Positions 12,793 to 26,410 are shown, counted from the whole stretch's first letter. The stretch: 63,249 bases of DNA, filler included, from Octopus bimaculoides (GCF_001194135.2; 6 parts of 6 records of this genome joined end to end with filler, not necessarily neighbours in it), one strand, 5' to 3'. Translations and numbers: made by a program. Notes: generated by a model not told the origin, from the letters alone.

Positions 12793-14094
12793 NNNNNNNN
12801 NNNNNNNNNNNNNNNNNNNNNNNNNNNNNNNNNNNNNNNNNNNNNNNNNNNNNNNNNNNNNNNNNNNNNNNNNNNNNNNNNNNNNNNNNNNNNNNNNNNN
12901 NNNNNNNNNNNNNNNNNNNNNNNNNNNNNNNNNNNNNNNNNNNNNNNNNNNNNNNNNNNNNNNNNNNNNNNNNNNNNNNNNNNNNNNNNNNNNNNNNNNN
13001 NNNNNNNNNNNNNNNNNNNNNNNNNNNNNNNNNNNNNNNNNNNNNNNNNNNNNNNNNNNNNNNNNNNNNNNNNNNNNNNNNNNNNNNNNNNNNNNNNNNN
13101 NNNNNNNNNNNNNNNNNNNNNNNNNNNNNNNNNNNNNNNNNNNNNNNNNNNNNNNNNNNNNNNNNNNNNNNNNNNNNNNNNNNNNNNNNNNNNNNNNNNN
13201 NNNNNNNNNNNNNNNNNNNNNNNNNNNNNNNNNNNNNNNNNNNNNNNNNNNNNNNNNNNNNNNNNNNNNNNNNNNNNNNNNNNNNNNNNNNNNNNNNNNN
13301 NNNNNNNNNNNNNNNNNNNNNNNNNNNNNNNNNNNNNNNNNNNNNNNNNNNNNNNNNNNNNNNNNNNNNNNNNNNNNNNNNNNNNNNNNNNNNNNNNNNN
13401 NNNNNNNNNNNNNNNNNNNNNNNNNNNNNNNNNNNNNNNNNNNNNNNNNNNNNNNNNNNNNNNNNNNNNNNNNNNNNNNNNNNNNNNNNNNNNNNNNNNN
13501 NNNNNNNNNNNNNNNNNNNNNNNNNNNNNNNNNNNNNNNNNNNNNNNNNNNNNNNNNNNNNNNNNNNNNNNNNNNNNNNNNNNNNNNNNNNNNNNNNNNN
13601 NNNNNNNNNNNNNNNNNNNNNNNNNNNNNNNNNNNNNNNNNNNNNNNNNNNNNNNNNNNNNNNNNNNNNNNNNNNNNNNNNNNNNNNNNNNNNNNNNNNN
13701 NNNNNNNNNNNNNNNNNNNNNNNNNNNNNTCTGTCGTGATACAAACAATATATGAGTATATGCATATACATGTACATGTATGTATATACGTTCATCTACA
13801 TGTACATATAGCTACATAACTGGGTGCATGACGTGGCAAAAGAACAAGGACAAAATGGTAAACAAGGTGCAACAAACAAGCTGGCCACATAGAAACATCC
13901 ACTTCATCAGCTGCCACCATTAAAACTCCGGCGTTTCGAAGAATTAAGGCAGTACGCATCGTTAAAATGGTTCTTCCCACGAACACAAATTAAATTGTTT
14001 TCGTGGAGGGTAGTGGCGGACGGAAAAGAAGACAGGAAAACGAACGGTGAAATAAACAAACAAAAAGGCTGTACAGCCAGACGTGAAGTGTGTA

Positions 14095-16431
14095 TGTCCA
14101 ATTCTAAATTTCAAAAAGAACTTTCACAAACCATAAAAAGAATTTCTAATTCCCCCAAGTTACATGTGCTTTCGGACAAAACAGGAAACTTATATCCCAT
14201 CACAGTGGAGGAATACATCAAATTCATTAGAAATGAATTAAACAGGTCCTATAAGCTGGCATCAACATCCGCCTTAAATGAGGTCAACACCAGGCACTGC
14301 AGAATCATGAAGAAGCTAAAAGTGGACGACAGAACAGAACCGTACTGCCCCACACCTCCACACTTCAACCTCAAGTATCACAAAAAGGATTTCATTACAA
14401 AACCTTCTATTCGTTTAATATGCCCCACAAAATCCGACCTCGGAAGAATTAGTAAAAATATTTTAGACAGGATAATACCTATAGTCAAGGAGAAACTACA
14501 CGCAAATATATGGTACCACACCGGGGAGGTCATCACATGGTTCCACACCCTGGAGAACAAAAACTCCTTCTCGTTCCTCCAATTCGATATAAACAATTAT
14601 TACTCATCTATATCTCCTCAGCTTTTAAATAGGGCCATTCTTTTCGCCAGGAATATTACTAACATAACCCCTTTAGAAATTAACATTATAATCAACGCTC
14701 GCAAAACTCTTATAGCTTTCGAGAACAAGCTCTGGTGCCGAGCTAATCAATATACAAATAGCTCTAACAAATTATTTGATGTAACCATGGGTTCTTCCGA
14801 TTCAGCACAGGCCACGGATTTAGTTGGATTATACATACTCCACTAATTAAAATCACACTTCCCTAACATCCATGGTGGTCTATATAGGGACGACGCTTTA
14901 CTTATTACCAAGACTACTAACAAATCTTCCATTGAGAGGACAAAAAAGGATCTACACAAACTTTTCTCAGGTATGAATCTATCAATAACATTTGAAAACG
15001 CATACAAAACGGTTAACTTCTTGGACGTTTCTCTGAACCTATCTAACTCGCAGCACTCCCCCTATCATAAACCCAACCAGTACCTAAAATACCTCAATAT
15101 TCAATCTAATCATCACAGATCTACTTTCGATAACATAATCATAGGTATCTCTACCCGCATATCTGATCTATCCTCTTCCGAAGAAATCTTTAACAATCAC
15201 GCTCCATACTACAATCAAGCACTAGCGGCTAGTGGTTTCTCCCAAAAAATAAAATACATCCATAACACCAGACTTAAACAATTTATTTCACAAATCGCAC
15301 CCCAAAGACATAACATCAATCAAAACCACAACCAACCACCCACATATTCAAAAAGACCCCACAATCACACCTATAACACTAGTGCTGAATCTAGGATGTT
15401 TAAATCAGCTATCCCTACCAAAAGTATGAACAACTGCCCTCCACCTAAACACCTTAATTACAACATGCACAGAACCCCCCAAAAAAGCGGTGGCCGCTCC
15501 ATCCTGTGGTACACCCCCCCCCATTCTCTTTTAACACTAGGAACCTAGCCAAATCTTTCTTTAAAATACTAGATTCTAACTTCCCACGACAACACAAATA
15601 CCACTCTATATTCAGCAGATCCACTTTAAAATTGTCGTATTCTACTACTCCTAACTTTGAATCTATTATAGCAGCTTCTAACAAACATAAACTCTCGCTC
15701 TATTACCAAAACCTAAGCAACCATAACTACGCTAGCGCCAGCACCCGACCCACACATACATCCAACACGGACATTAATATACGTTCTTCTAACAATAACG
15801 CTCGTACACTAGAACAAAACACAATGGATCCAAACCCATTAATATTCTAGATAATAACAATACCAATAATGACATTAATAGGAAAAATAGCCATAACAAT
15901 AATTCCATTGATCTAGATTCCTACACATCCCCCAATAACATATCCTCCAATAATAATAACTCACCCACCAGCATACGCAACCCTCTAGCCTCCTACACTT
16001 GTAACTGTCGCTCCGGGACTATCTGTCCGCTTCAAACACATTGCGTAAGATACAATGTAATATATAAATGCACTGTGAGAAATCTATTACATAACTCTAC
16101 TGTTACATGCATTGGTGCAACTAACAATTTTAAACATCGCTATGCAGCACATATGCATTCTTTTAGATACGACAAACACAGTAAATCTACAACATTAGCC
16201 AATCATATTCATCACCTCAAAAGCAAAAATACCCAATACACCTTAAAATGGTCCATCTTAGATTCTGGAACTCCATACCAGGGCCAGCGCTCCAACTGCT
16301 AGCTTTGCCTAACGGAGGCGTTCCATATATTAAAAAACAATTCTCCCACTCTACTTAATCGATATAACGAAGCGTTTAGCAACTGAAATCACCGCTCTTT
16401 CCACACATTTAAGTTCTATCACAAGCAAAAT
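14095..16431 (+). pseudogene. PLE reverse transcriptase / GIY-YIG endonuclease pseudogene
   Basis: LSDKTGNLY, PSIRLICPTKSDLG, FLQFDINNYYSSI, VTMGSSDSAQ, GLYRDD, VNFLDVSLNL, WYTPP, LKLSYSTTPN, CNCRSGTICPLQTHC, VIYKC..CIGAT..FKHRY..H, C*LCLTEAFHIL..LLNRYNEAFSN*NH. Stops at 14844, 16300 and 16384; frameshifts near 15500 and 15845. Confidence 0.93.
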
Positions 16432-17250
16432 TGCACAAACGATCACGTAACATAATTACACGACCCCCAACAGGCAACCTATTCAACCTGGCAAAAACAT
16501 CCATCTTTTACTATCTTTTGAATAGGATTATTTTCTTTCGATCATATCACCACATATATATACCCCCAAATCGATTTCTTCTACTCTATAATTCACTACA
16601 ACACAACCTACGCATACAGACTTCGTCGTTTCTCTCAATCCCTTTCCACCATGTATAAATAGGTTTGGCTGCACTCTTGAATATGATACTACTAACTACC
16701 TTTCCCACCCATCTCTCCCTTTATCTCTATCCTTGTTTTATCACTCATACCCCCACCACCTATATACTACATACGCGCATTCCTTTCTACCCACTAGACC
16801 TTTTAACCTTATCTCCCCTTTCCCTCCTTCTCTCTATATGCTCATCCCCTTTATCCTGTAAGATCAACTGACCATTAAAGTATACCGCTACCGTCCTTCA
16901 CCTCTATCTCTCCTCCATCCCCTTTCACATTCTGTCTTTATGACTTGACCTAATTACCGCTCATCCTTCACTTGACTTGGCCATTCTTCAAATAAACAAG
17001 CTAAAATCCATCGTAGTATGGCATATATTCACCCCTGCTATCTATGCTATATCAACCTTCGTTCCAACATCTATTTCCGGATTATCCCCATAGGGATTAC
17101 TTTACACGGATTTCTACACGGATTTTTACTACTGGAATGAAACTACACTTCAAGTACTGTTCTCTCTTTTTTCAGCGCATCACACTCTTTACCACTTCAT
17201 ACTAAAAATATCCGCCTATGGATATAATAATAGATTTCTTTATTTTTTCT

Positions 17251-17299
17251 GTCTCCGATGAAGGCAAGTACTGGATCTTCCCATAAACAGCTGTAAGAC
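17251..17299 (+). ncRNA. Degenerate type I hammerhead ribozyme in the PLE 3' region
   Basis: gtct-CCGATGA-stem II (ggcaag/cttccc)-TAAA-C AGCT GTA-agac: stem I gtct/agac and palindromic stem III; two core mismatches versus CUGAUGA/GAAA. Confidence 0.65.
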
Positions 17300-18460
17300 T
17301 CTATCCATAAAATATTTCTCCAAACTTACCATTGCTCTCTTTATCTTTTTATCTTTTATATATTTACATATACACACTCTAATATACGACTTATAATCCC
17401 CAATCCTGTTCATGCAACGACCGGGGCAAACTAATCGGTATACAGCACTTACTCGGTATTACCTGTATCCTCTTGGGTTTGGTTAAATCCAATACCCTCC
17501 TCAACCTTATATNNNNNNNNNNNNNNNNNNNNNNNNNNNNNNNNNNNNNNNNNNNNNNNNNNNNNNNNNNNNNNNNNNNNNNNNNNNNNNNNNNNNNNNN
17601 NNNNNNNNNNNNNNNNNNNNNNNNNNNNNNNNNNNNNNNNNNNNNNNNNNNNNNNNNNNNNNNNNNNNNNNNNNNNNNNNNNNNNNNNNNNNNNNNNNNN
17701 NNNNNNNNNNNNNNNNNNNNNATATATATATATATATATATATATATACGTAGTCATGTACAAGTAGGTGTCTAAATATGCATATAAATATATATATTAT
17801 TGTTATTATTTATATTATTATATGATCGAACGCCACGCATCGATTTCCAAGAAAGTTTTATCTTAATAATTCCGATGCGCACACCTCAACTATCTCTATT
17901 TTATCTCCCTCTCTTGTTCTTCTTCCTTTCTGTCTTTCTCTCCCACCCTTTCTCTAATTCTTCTCCTCTCTCCTTAACCAGTCCCTCCCTCTCTCACTCT
18001 TCTTCCTTCACTCACTTGTTGCTCGCACGTGACCAATAGCTATCTATCTTTCTTTCTTCCATCCCTTCTTAAAGACAAGACGTGTTTTTGCCTGTCTCTT
18101 CTCAAAGCTCGTTTTTCGAGCGTTCGCCACTTCACCACGTTATGGCTTTTACTGTTTTGTTCTTACTGTCATGTTTTTGTTAACACCTTAATCCCCCGCA
18201 TAAAATCCCAAGTTTTATTTAATTTGCTTTCCGGGAAGGACTGTTTTAACGAAGTCACGTCTTGTCCCTACCTTCGAAATGCCGAGACGATAAAACAGGT
18301 AACAACTTATGAAGGGAATGTTCTTTCTGATGCCTGTCTCATTTCTCTATTGGTTTCTTTCGTTGTTAGAAAAAAATTCGTTTTCCATACATTTGTTTTT
18401 TATGTTCTCGTTTCTCATTGTGTTCATGTTTTTTTCACGCCCTGTACCCATATATGCATG

Positions 18461-18560
<100 letters not shown>

Positions 18561-19097
18561 CGCGTGCGCGCGTGTGTGTGTAGGCATGTACATGCATGTA
18601 TGTATATATGCATATATATATATATATATATTACTTATATTATTATATATAAATATATGCGCATACATACATGCATGCATATATTTATGCATACATACGT
18701 GTGTATATGCATGCATAATGCACAGAAACTATATTGGGTTATTTAATCATATTTGATGAAATATAGCTCATTTCGCACAGCTTGTGCGTTACATTGTTCT
18801 AAACATTCAACTATCCATTTTATCGTTCGAGAAAATGCAGTAGCAATTCCGAAATTATTGTACGTTAAAATTCTTTTCAGAATATTTAAATTAATTCTTA
18901 CGCAGTTCTTTGTCAAAAACATGGGTCAAATTCGAAATACTGCAATCGAAATAAGAATTCTCTTTTCTTCCTCGGAAGGAATCGCAAATGAAGTATACAT
19001 TCAATACACTCATTACAATCCTACCTGTTAACTTGAATTTGCATTTTCGTGTTTTTATATAGGCATGTACGTTACCACATTAAAATGAAATTTAAAC

Positions 19098-19260
19098 AGG
19101 AGTGGCCCTGTGGTAAGAAGCTTTCTTGCCAACCATATAGTTCTTGGTTCAGTCCCACTGCATGGCACCTAGGGCAAGTGTCTTCCTCTATAGCCTCTGG
19201 CCGACCCAAATTTATGAGTGGATTTGGTAGACGGAAACTGAGAGAAACGTGTCGTGTATA

Positions 19261-19335
<75 letters not shown>

Positions 19336-19545
19336 ATAATTAAGGGACCAGCAAAGATAGATATATGCGTGTCAGTTTGTGTGTCTGCGTTTAGTCCCCG
19401 TAACCTACGCTTCGGAAAAAGAGACCGATAGAATAAGCACTAGGCTTACAAAAATAAGTCCTGGGGTCTATTTGTTCGACTAAAGGCGGACCTCCATCAT
19501 GGCCGCAATCAAATGACTGAAACAAGTGAAAAGAGTAAAAGAGTA
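19098..19545 (+). mobile_element. tRNA-derived SINE family B (gagtggctgtgtggtaag head, internal (TA)n)
   Basis: A-box-like tggccctgtggtaag, B-box-like ggttcagtccc, ttgggcaagtgtctt-type core, tail tgactgaaacaag..aaaagagta. Confidence 0.88.
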
Positions 19546-22309
19546 TATCCAATTAATTTTGAGAATTAGAAGATCTAAAAACATTATTTAGATAGCTATG
19601 TTAATATGAATGCTTTACTTTTCACTATAATATAGTTCGGAACGGGAAATTACCCACTATGCTTCCATAACGCATTAATAAATTTCTATACGTCAAATGT
19701 AAAATATTGTTATATTATATTCAATATGTCATGTTATATATCGGGAGGAAGATTTCGATGTAATCAAACCTCTCTTTGTAACTTTCGTTACAGTCTATAA
19801 CTATCATAATGCTCAGATTGCTAGCTAGAGAGATATTCCAGATGTCTGCTAGAACGAAAGCAAATGAAAATGTTTAAACATTACTCTTCAAATCATCTCT
19901 GAATACCATGTTTCATGCAGTAGTTGTTGCCTATCTTCCGTTTCAATGATCACTATTCCGTTCGAGAAACGATGGAGTATCTCGGCCGATGTTTTATTCA
20001 TAGGAACCAGCAACCATATTTTCCTTAAATACCTCTAAACTGATTTACAGTAGGCAAGACCTTTCATAGCTTCAGACAAAAACAAGATAATAAACTGCGG
20101 TGCCTTCATCATTAGTCTTGTGTATCACTGTATGTGTAGAATAACGCTCTTACTCACCTTCATTAACCTGTATTGCTGAAAAAGAGATAGTAAATCCAAA
20201 TATTAGCAATAAAATGTCTGAGGTAAAACATTAATTTAGTTCTGAGTTTAGATGTTTAAAACATTGGTATACCTTTTTAGCATAAAGTGCCTGATTATAA
20301 AATTTTCATGAACAAAACTTCATAAGTGATGTCGAATTATATGAAGTTTTAAAACATTAATGGAGTTCTACTACGATCTTAAAATTTTCTCTCTCCCAAA
20401 GGCATAATCTAATATTTACTGCAAAATGTTTTATTACTTTCAGTGTTATGTGTAAAATAATGGAAGTTACTGCTTCAACTTCTATTAGTTTAAGGAAAAA
20501 TATTTTATTTGTTGCCTTCATATTATCGATCGAGACGTCATATATATTTACTTGCTTAAGTAGGAATAAATATTAATATCAGTTTACGATTGTACAAACA
20601 TTTTGAAACTATTTACTCTTGTAATCTGACTTAATTTTTTTTGACATGAAGTCAGTCGTCAGGGAAGTAATGATGCTTTAACCACGATGAATTAATATCA
20701 ATATTTATTTACTTTACACACATGCATAATACATAGAGGCGATTCCAAGCTAAACTGACCAAAATTGTTTCATAATAGAATAGAATGTACATCTTGAAAC
20801 TGTTGCCAAGTTCCGACCGACACGCGAAGATCCAATATTTATAACAGTCGACATGGAAGGCAAAATGCTGCAAACATGAAATTTTCTTAGATCATTACCA
20901 ATAACAAATACTTATTATTTCTTACCACTTTAGTATGAGTTTAATGCATTTAAATGTCGAGGGCTTAGCATATTTTCTATGTTGTGATAATGTAGTAATA
21001 TTACCTCCTATACTGAAGTGTAACAATCTAATTTGAATTTTGTTGTTTGCAAATTAGTTATCATAAACCAGTTAACCGGTATTTGCTTTGTAAATTTAAT
21101 TCTTTCTTATAAGTATACTTAAGGTTAAATATCTTTGTACCTCGTCTATTTTGTAGTGAAACATGGCTGCCAAGATACTCTTTGAAATTTTGATATCGTT
21201 TATTACATGTATAGTATTCCTACGAGGACGAAAATGGATAAACTTTAAAATTTGACTTGCATATAAAGCAGGATGTGTCCTCTCTAAACCATCTAAGGTT
21301 TTGCTGTTTTGATGTTGTAAATACGAAAACTTACATGGAGTTATTTTAATGTGGAATGCAAAACATGAAATATTCCTAAAAGCAAACATTTTCGCAAACA
21401 TTCCCTAGGTCTTCCATTGCAAATGGTTAAGAAAATCCGGTCTAGTTTTCATAGTCCAGGTTACGAAAGTGGTTATATATATGAAGGAAAAGGATGAATA
21501 CTTGTCATTTTACTGAAAAAGTTTTTCGTATGATTTGAGGAGAAAATGAATCTTCTCAACACTATTTGAACCTGGGATATTCGATTCAAAGAAAATAATT
21601 TTCTATAGTGAATATCTAAATTAACATGGTATCATTAAAAAAAGAAGGAATTGTTCCTAACATCAGTCGATATAGGGAACTTTTACACTGAAATAGCAGT
21701 TATCTCTGTCTCCTAGACACGAGTTTAACAGATAAGCTGCAGTAAACAGGGGAAGTTTCATAGGCAAAACAATTAGACGAATAAATATTTTTTTTATTGT
21801 AAGGAAATAAATTGGCGTTATTCTATAAGATTTATGGATGAGTATAGAAATATGCAGAGTCTCAAATATATAATGCTAAAATATATGTAATGACATCATA
21901 TGTGTCGACGAGACAGTAAAGAAATTATTGCTTGGATAGAAAAATACATTGGCGAAATCTAGACATCTGTTTGACGGATAAAGCAACATAGATGTTTTCA
22001 GTGAAAAGAGACAAAGGCTTACATAAAAAATATGCATTAAAAGACGGGAAATATCAATAACGATATATTGGCTGACAGAAATAATATCATTTGCCCATCG
22101 CTACTGAACTATTGACAGAATTTGTAACGAAATTGACACAACCTCTTATTTACTAGAAATACATTTGTATATTATTCTTTTAATGTGTGTTGAAAAACTG
22201 ATAAAGAAACTAATTAATAATCGTAAGATTTGGACACTCATCAAAGTGCTCATATCTGTGTGTGTGTGCATACATATACTCGTGTCCATGTATGTGCACG
22301 TGCGTGTGT

Positions 22310-22387
<78 letters not shown>

Positions 22388-22509
22388 ATATAAATATATG
22401 GTCACACAGCATGTAAAGAAGCTGGTGACAGTCTGCGTCGATAAGATTTTTTATAGTAAAAATCAATGTAAAGATTACAGCGAACTTGTCGTGAAGTTTG
22501 GAAGATCTG

Positions 22510-23760
22510 ACCTTTGGGACACTGCTCCTCAAATCAATACTACGTAATATAAACCCTAACATTCAATTCACAATGGAATATAGCTAAGTGCACCTCTTTT
22601 TCGTGAATATATATATAAATTATAACTGACATCTATCATAAACCAACGGACTCGAAGCAATATCACCTGTTTAGCTCATTTTACCCGAAACATATCAAAA
22701 GAAATATTCCATTTAATTTAGGAAAAAGGACTTGCACAATAGTGTCTGATATAAATACATGCGATATTCGTCTTCAAGATCTCAGAACAACACTAACTGA
22801 ATTAAGCGTGCTAAGAAATTAGACATTAAAACACTTAACACCACACCTCATCTCGAAACACTACCGTATATATCAACTCACAACCCTAGCAACAATGAGA
22901 CATACAACACTATATACAAAATCTACCTTTGCTCACTAGAGATCCAAAACCAAACAACATTCAGAAAACACATAAATTCATCAAATGCAAAAAGAACACA
23001 CATCGCAGAAAAGACTTGTAACAATTGCAAAGCCTTACACAAAAACGGTTACAAAACGTGGACACCAAAACTGAAACGTTTCCTAACCTACTGGAAGGCT
23101 TGGAATTCCTATTCAAACAAGGTGAAAGGTTCGCAATTAAAACCAATTTCTCGTATGCTTCCGAGAATCTTATTTATGTTATAACTTGCTCAGGTTGTGG
23201 ACATAACTATATAGGCCAGAAAAGTATAACACTCAGACGGAGAACGAAACAACATAAGGAACAGATCCGATTCCCGCGATACAGACAGATTCTTTTGGGT
23301 GAACACATAGAGAGATGTGCAGGTAATATCCAACCAATCTTCACAGTTTTCTCTAACTACCAGTGAAAAGAAACAATTTTTATACAAGAACGTTTAAATA
23401 AAATTTGAAAATTTGTTCATTGAAAAATACAGAAAACGTCTAAATATGAACGTATAACCAACCTTGGTTTCAGTATATGTTAATTCATGATCTCACATAC
23501 CCATCGTTGTACATATTTCTTCTCACTACTTTAGCTTTCGGGCTTTTGTGTATAGTCATCCACTCCCCGAATGAGGAACAGTTATCTTTCCTGTCTCCAG
23601 AATTAACGATCACCAGTTACCTTCCCTTACATTTTTCTACTTCTTGAATCATTCACGCACCATATGGACTAAAATATTCATAATACAATACAAAATTAAA
23701 ATAATTTCAATGTTATAATTAGTGAAAGCGAAACCGGTCGCCAAACACAATATAAAATAT
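22510..23760 (+). mobile_element. 5'-truncated Penelope-like element, Neptune-like (RT thumb + GIY-YIG with CCHH)
   Basis: INPNIQFTME, TDIYHKPTDSKQY, HIKRNIPFNLGKR, LPYISTHNP, a decayed Cys-rich linker, NLIYVITCSGCGHNYIGQ..RRRTKQH..GEH; multiple disablements. Confidence 0.85.
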
Positions 23761-23839
23761 ATTTTAAAAAATACTAAAACTATGTAAACTGTGTGCATTT
23801 TCCTTCTTTTAGTTTATATACATATACATACGATGGACT

Positions 23840-24090
23840 TTCCTGTCGAAGACAGTGCATGAGCGTTCAGCTTTTGCTGAATGACCTCCATAAAGCATTT
23901 TTTTGCAGTGATCGAATGTTCGTGCCCTACATTAACTCACTTTCTCCATCAAATCGACGCTGTATGAACAGGTGTACTGTGTACCACGCGCCAGGTGTCG
24001 AGGTGTTTTTCTCAAGTGCACAACACACCACCAGGTCTAGAAACTGAAACCACGATCTCGCAGTCGTGAGTCCAACTCTTCAACCATGAG
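23840..24090 (-). mobile_element. tRNA-derived SINE family C, diverged
   Basis: Reverse complement shows gagttggactcacgactgcgagatcgtggtttcag (tRNA-like head) followed by gtgtgttgtgcacttgag; similar to 61455-61590. Confidence 0.6.
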
Positions 24091-24551
24091 TCTATTAGCA
24101 CTACAATAAGTCACATACATATATATTTGTTTGGGATTCTTGATACGTGTTGATACTGACGAAACTATGTATTTTCACACCTTTTTACCATAAGAGACAT
24201 ATTTTCACCAGGGTAACTGTAGTTAGTTTGCTTTATAGCATATGAAATATGTTACAAACATATTTTAACTTTACATAAATAAAGCTTTATAAGTTTGTTC
24301 AGAGTTGCCTCTCTTAGGTAAATCCCATTGACAAGAGTCACAAAATTCGAAACAAGGATGCCTGGGATTCCTGATAGATGGCGATACTGAACAAACCAGG
24401 TGTTTTAACACCTTCGGTTATTTTTACCATAAGAGGGATATTTTCACAACGGTAACTGCAGTGAATTTGATTTATAGCATATGAAATATGTCACACATAT
24501 ATTTTAACTAACTTAAATGTCGCTTATGCCTAAACACTACTTGGCACTAAC

Positions 24552-24587
<36 letters not shown>

Positions 24588-25082
24588 CATACATACATAC
24601 AAACATACATACATGCACACGCACACGAAATGATCGAGCCACTAGTGAGCAGAAACTTGACACCAAATGTATTCGTAAATGACCATTTTATAGGCATTTT
24701 GCGGACAGACAAAGCCATAATCTATTGCGCTCTGAATGTAAATGAATAAGAGAACTAATGGAGAGAAAGCTTACAACAATATCGCTACTAATTACATTAA
24801 GTTTGATGAGGATAAAAGTGGAATGAAATTAAAAGCAGTATTGTATCTATTGTCTGTACCGTTTAGGCAAAATATACACATAGTTGACACAGCCTTTTAT
24901 TCTCTCGCGTTCAATGAAATAAGCACCATTCATTACTGGAGCTGATTCTATAGTTTGTAAATATATGACATTGTATTAATGTAAAAAATACATTATCCAT
25001 TATTCTCAAATGGTCTTATCATATGTCAATACACACACACTCACGCGCGCACACACACACGCACAGACACATACAAATACAT

Positions 25083-25116
<34 letters not shown>

Positions 25117-25209
25117 GCATACACACACAAAGACACACACACATATATATATACATATATACATATATATATATACATATATACATATACATATATATAT
25201 ATCTATCTA

Positions 25210-25242
<33 letters not shown>

Positions 25243-25243
25243 G

Positions 25244-25334
<91 letters not shown>

Positions 25335-25536
25335 TCAATCACACACACACATACTATAAGATGTGAACTTCGTCTTTATATCATAGGAAATATAAATGCT
25401 AAAGTGACAGAATTAAACGTTTTTACGTACTACATGGCAGTGCATTGTGCTGTCTGTAACAGCTTACACATGAAAGAATAAAGTACTTCTTTAAATAATT
25501 ACAACCGTACTACGACTACGAATGATGATGATGGCG

Positions 25537-25537
<1 letters not shown>

Positions 25538-25625
<88 letters not shown>
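25538..25625. repeat. (AAT)n microsatellite
   Basis: Direct inspection. Confidence 0.95.
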
Positions 25626-25626
<1 letters not shown>

Positions 25627-25697
25627 TATTGATCAATAAAGCCATAACTGAAGACAGCCGCAGAAAGAAGAAAGGCCTCAGTATGGCCTGGGTGGAC
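25626..25697 (+). mobile_element. R4/Dong-type LINE RT fragment, cut by an assembly join
   Basis: Translates ILINKAITEDSRRKKKGLSMAWVD, the run-up to RT motif A (AWxDyxKAYD) typical of R4-clade elements; starts right after (AAT)n. Confidence 0.65.
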
Positions 25698-25797
25698 NNN
25701 NNNNNNNNNNNNNNNNNNNNNNNNNNNNNNNNNNNNNNNNNTTAATTAATTAANNNNNNNNNNNNNNNNNNNNNNNNNNNNNNNNNNNNNNNNNNNN
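25698..25797. other. Artificial assembly linker 44N-TTAATTAATTAA-44N
   Basis: Identical 100-bp block recurs five times; the 12-mer has stops in all six frames. Confidence 0.95.
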
Positions 25798-26327
25798 ATT
25801 TATGCCGTTTTGGTTTTATTTGCGGGACATGAGGAACAACGTCCGGCCCTTTATTTTGACGGTCATCAGTTTCGTAGGGTACCGGTCCGTTCATTTCTGT
25901 TGTCAGATTGTTTTGCATGTGCAGCTCTTCGTACTTTTTGCGTAACAAGTTTAAAGTACGCACTTCCCGGTTGTTATTCTTGGGTGGAATAATACCGGTA
26001 TTATTTAATCTGTATGTAATTTTTTTTCTACATGGTGTTTGGGGCCGGAGATGGTCTGGTGTTGAAGTAACAAGCGTGTTTACGTTTGCTGTGCGAGTAG
26101 TGGAGATGATATCCAGTTAAAATAAATCATTATATTTGGAAAAATAGAAATAAATTTCAATGAGTATTACTTACTCGGATTTAGTCCAACCCTTTGTCAG
26201 GTATTTTTGGCTCCATGCTATGTCTTGATTTCCGATGTTTTTGGATACATTTCGGAGCACAGTGATTTATCATTCTCACATGTCAAACGTCCACCGGTGT
26301 CTCTCGTTAAACATCCCTCGGTGTCTC

Positions 26328-26387
<60 letters not shown>

Positions 26388-26410
26388 GGAATAATAATTA
26401 TTATTATGTA

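Larger units (their letters stand above)
13732..18460 (+). mobile_element. Penelope-like element resembling the Naiad clade: inverted repeat X at the 5' end, truncated RT-GIY-YIG ORF, long 3' region
   Basis: ORF motifs listed below, an HHR-like motif at 17251-17299, and repeat X inverted at 13732-14095 and direct at 17757-18460. Including repeat X in the element is inference and spans a gap. Confidence 0.75.

Noticed and set aside
13880-13945. HHR in repeat X (minus-strand CTGATGA at ~13910; CTGAAGA at ~12622)
   Set aside because: There is no downstream GAAA, and the upstream GAAAC does not give a consistent type II fold across copies.
16432-17500. SECIS element downstream of the Naiad-like ORF
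   Set aside because: The ATGA sites at ~16683, ~16940 and ~17137 have no convincing helix II, AA loop and GA partner by eye. A SECISearch run on the consensus is needed.
23725-23745. Hammerhead at gcGAAACcgGTCgcc in the 3' region of the third PLE
   Set aside because: The GAAAC-CG-GTC half is suggestive, but no CUGANGA or stem I partner is recognisable upstream.
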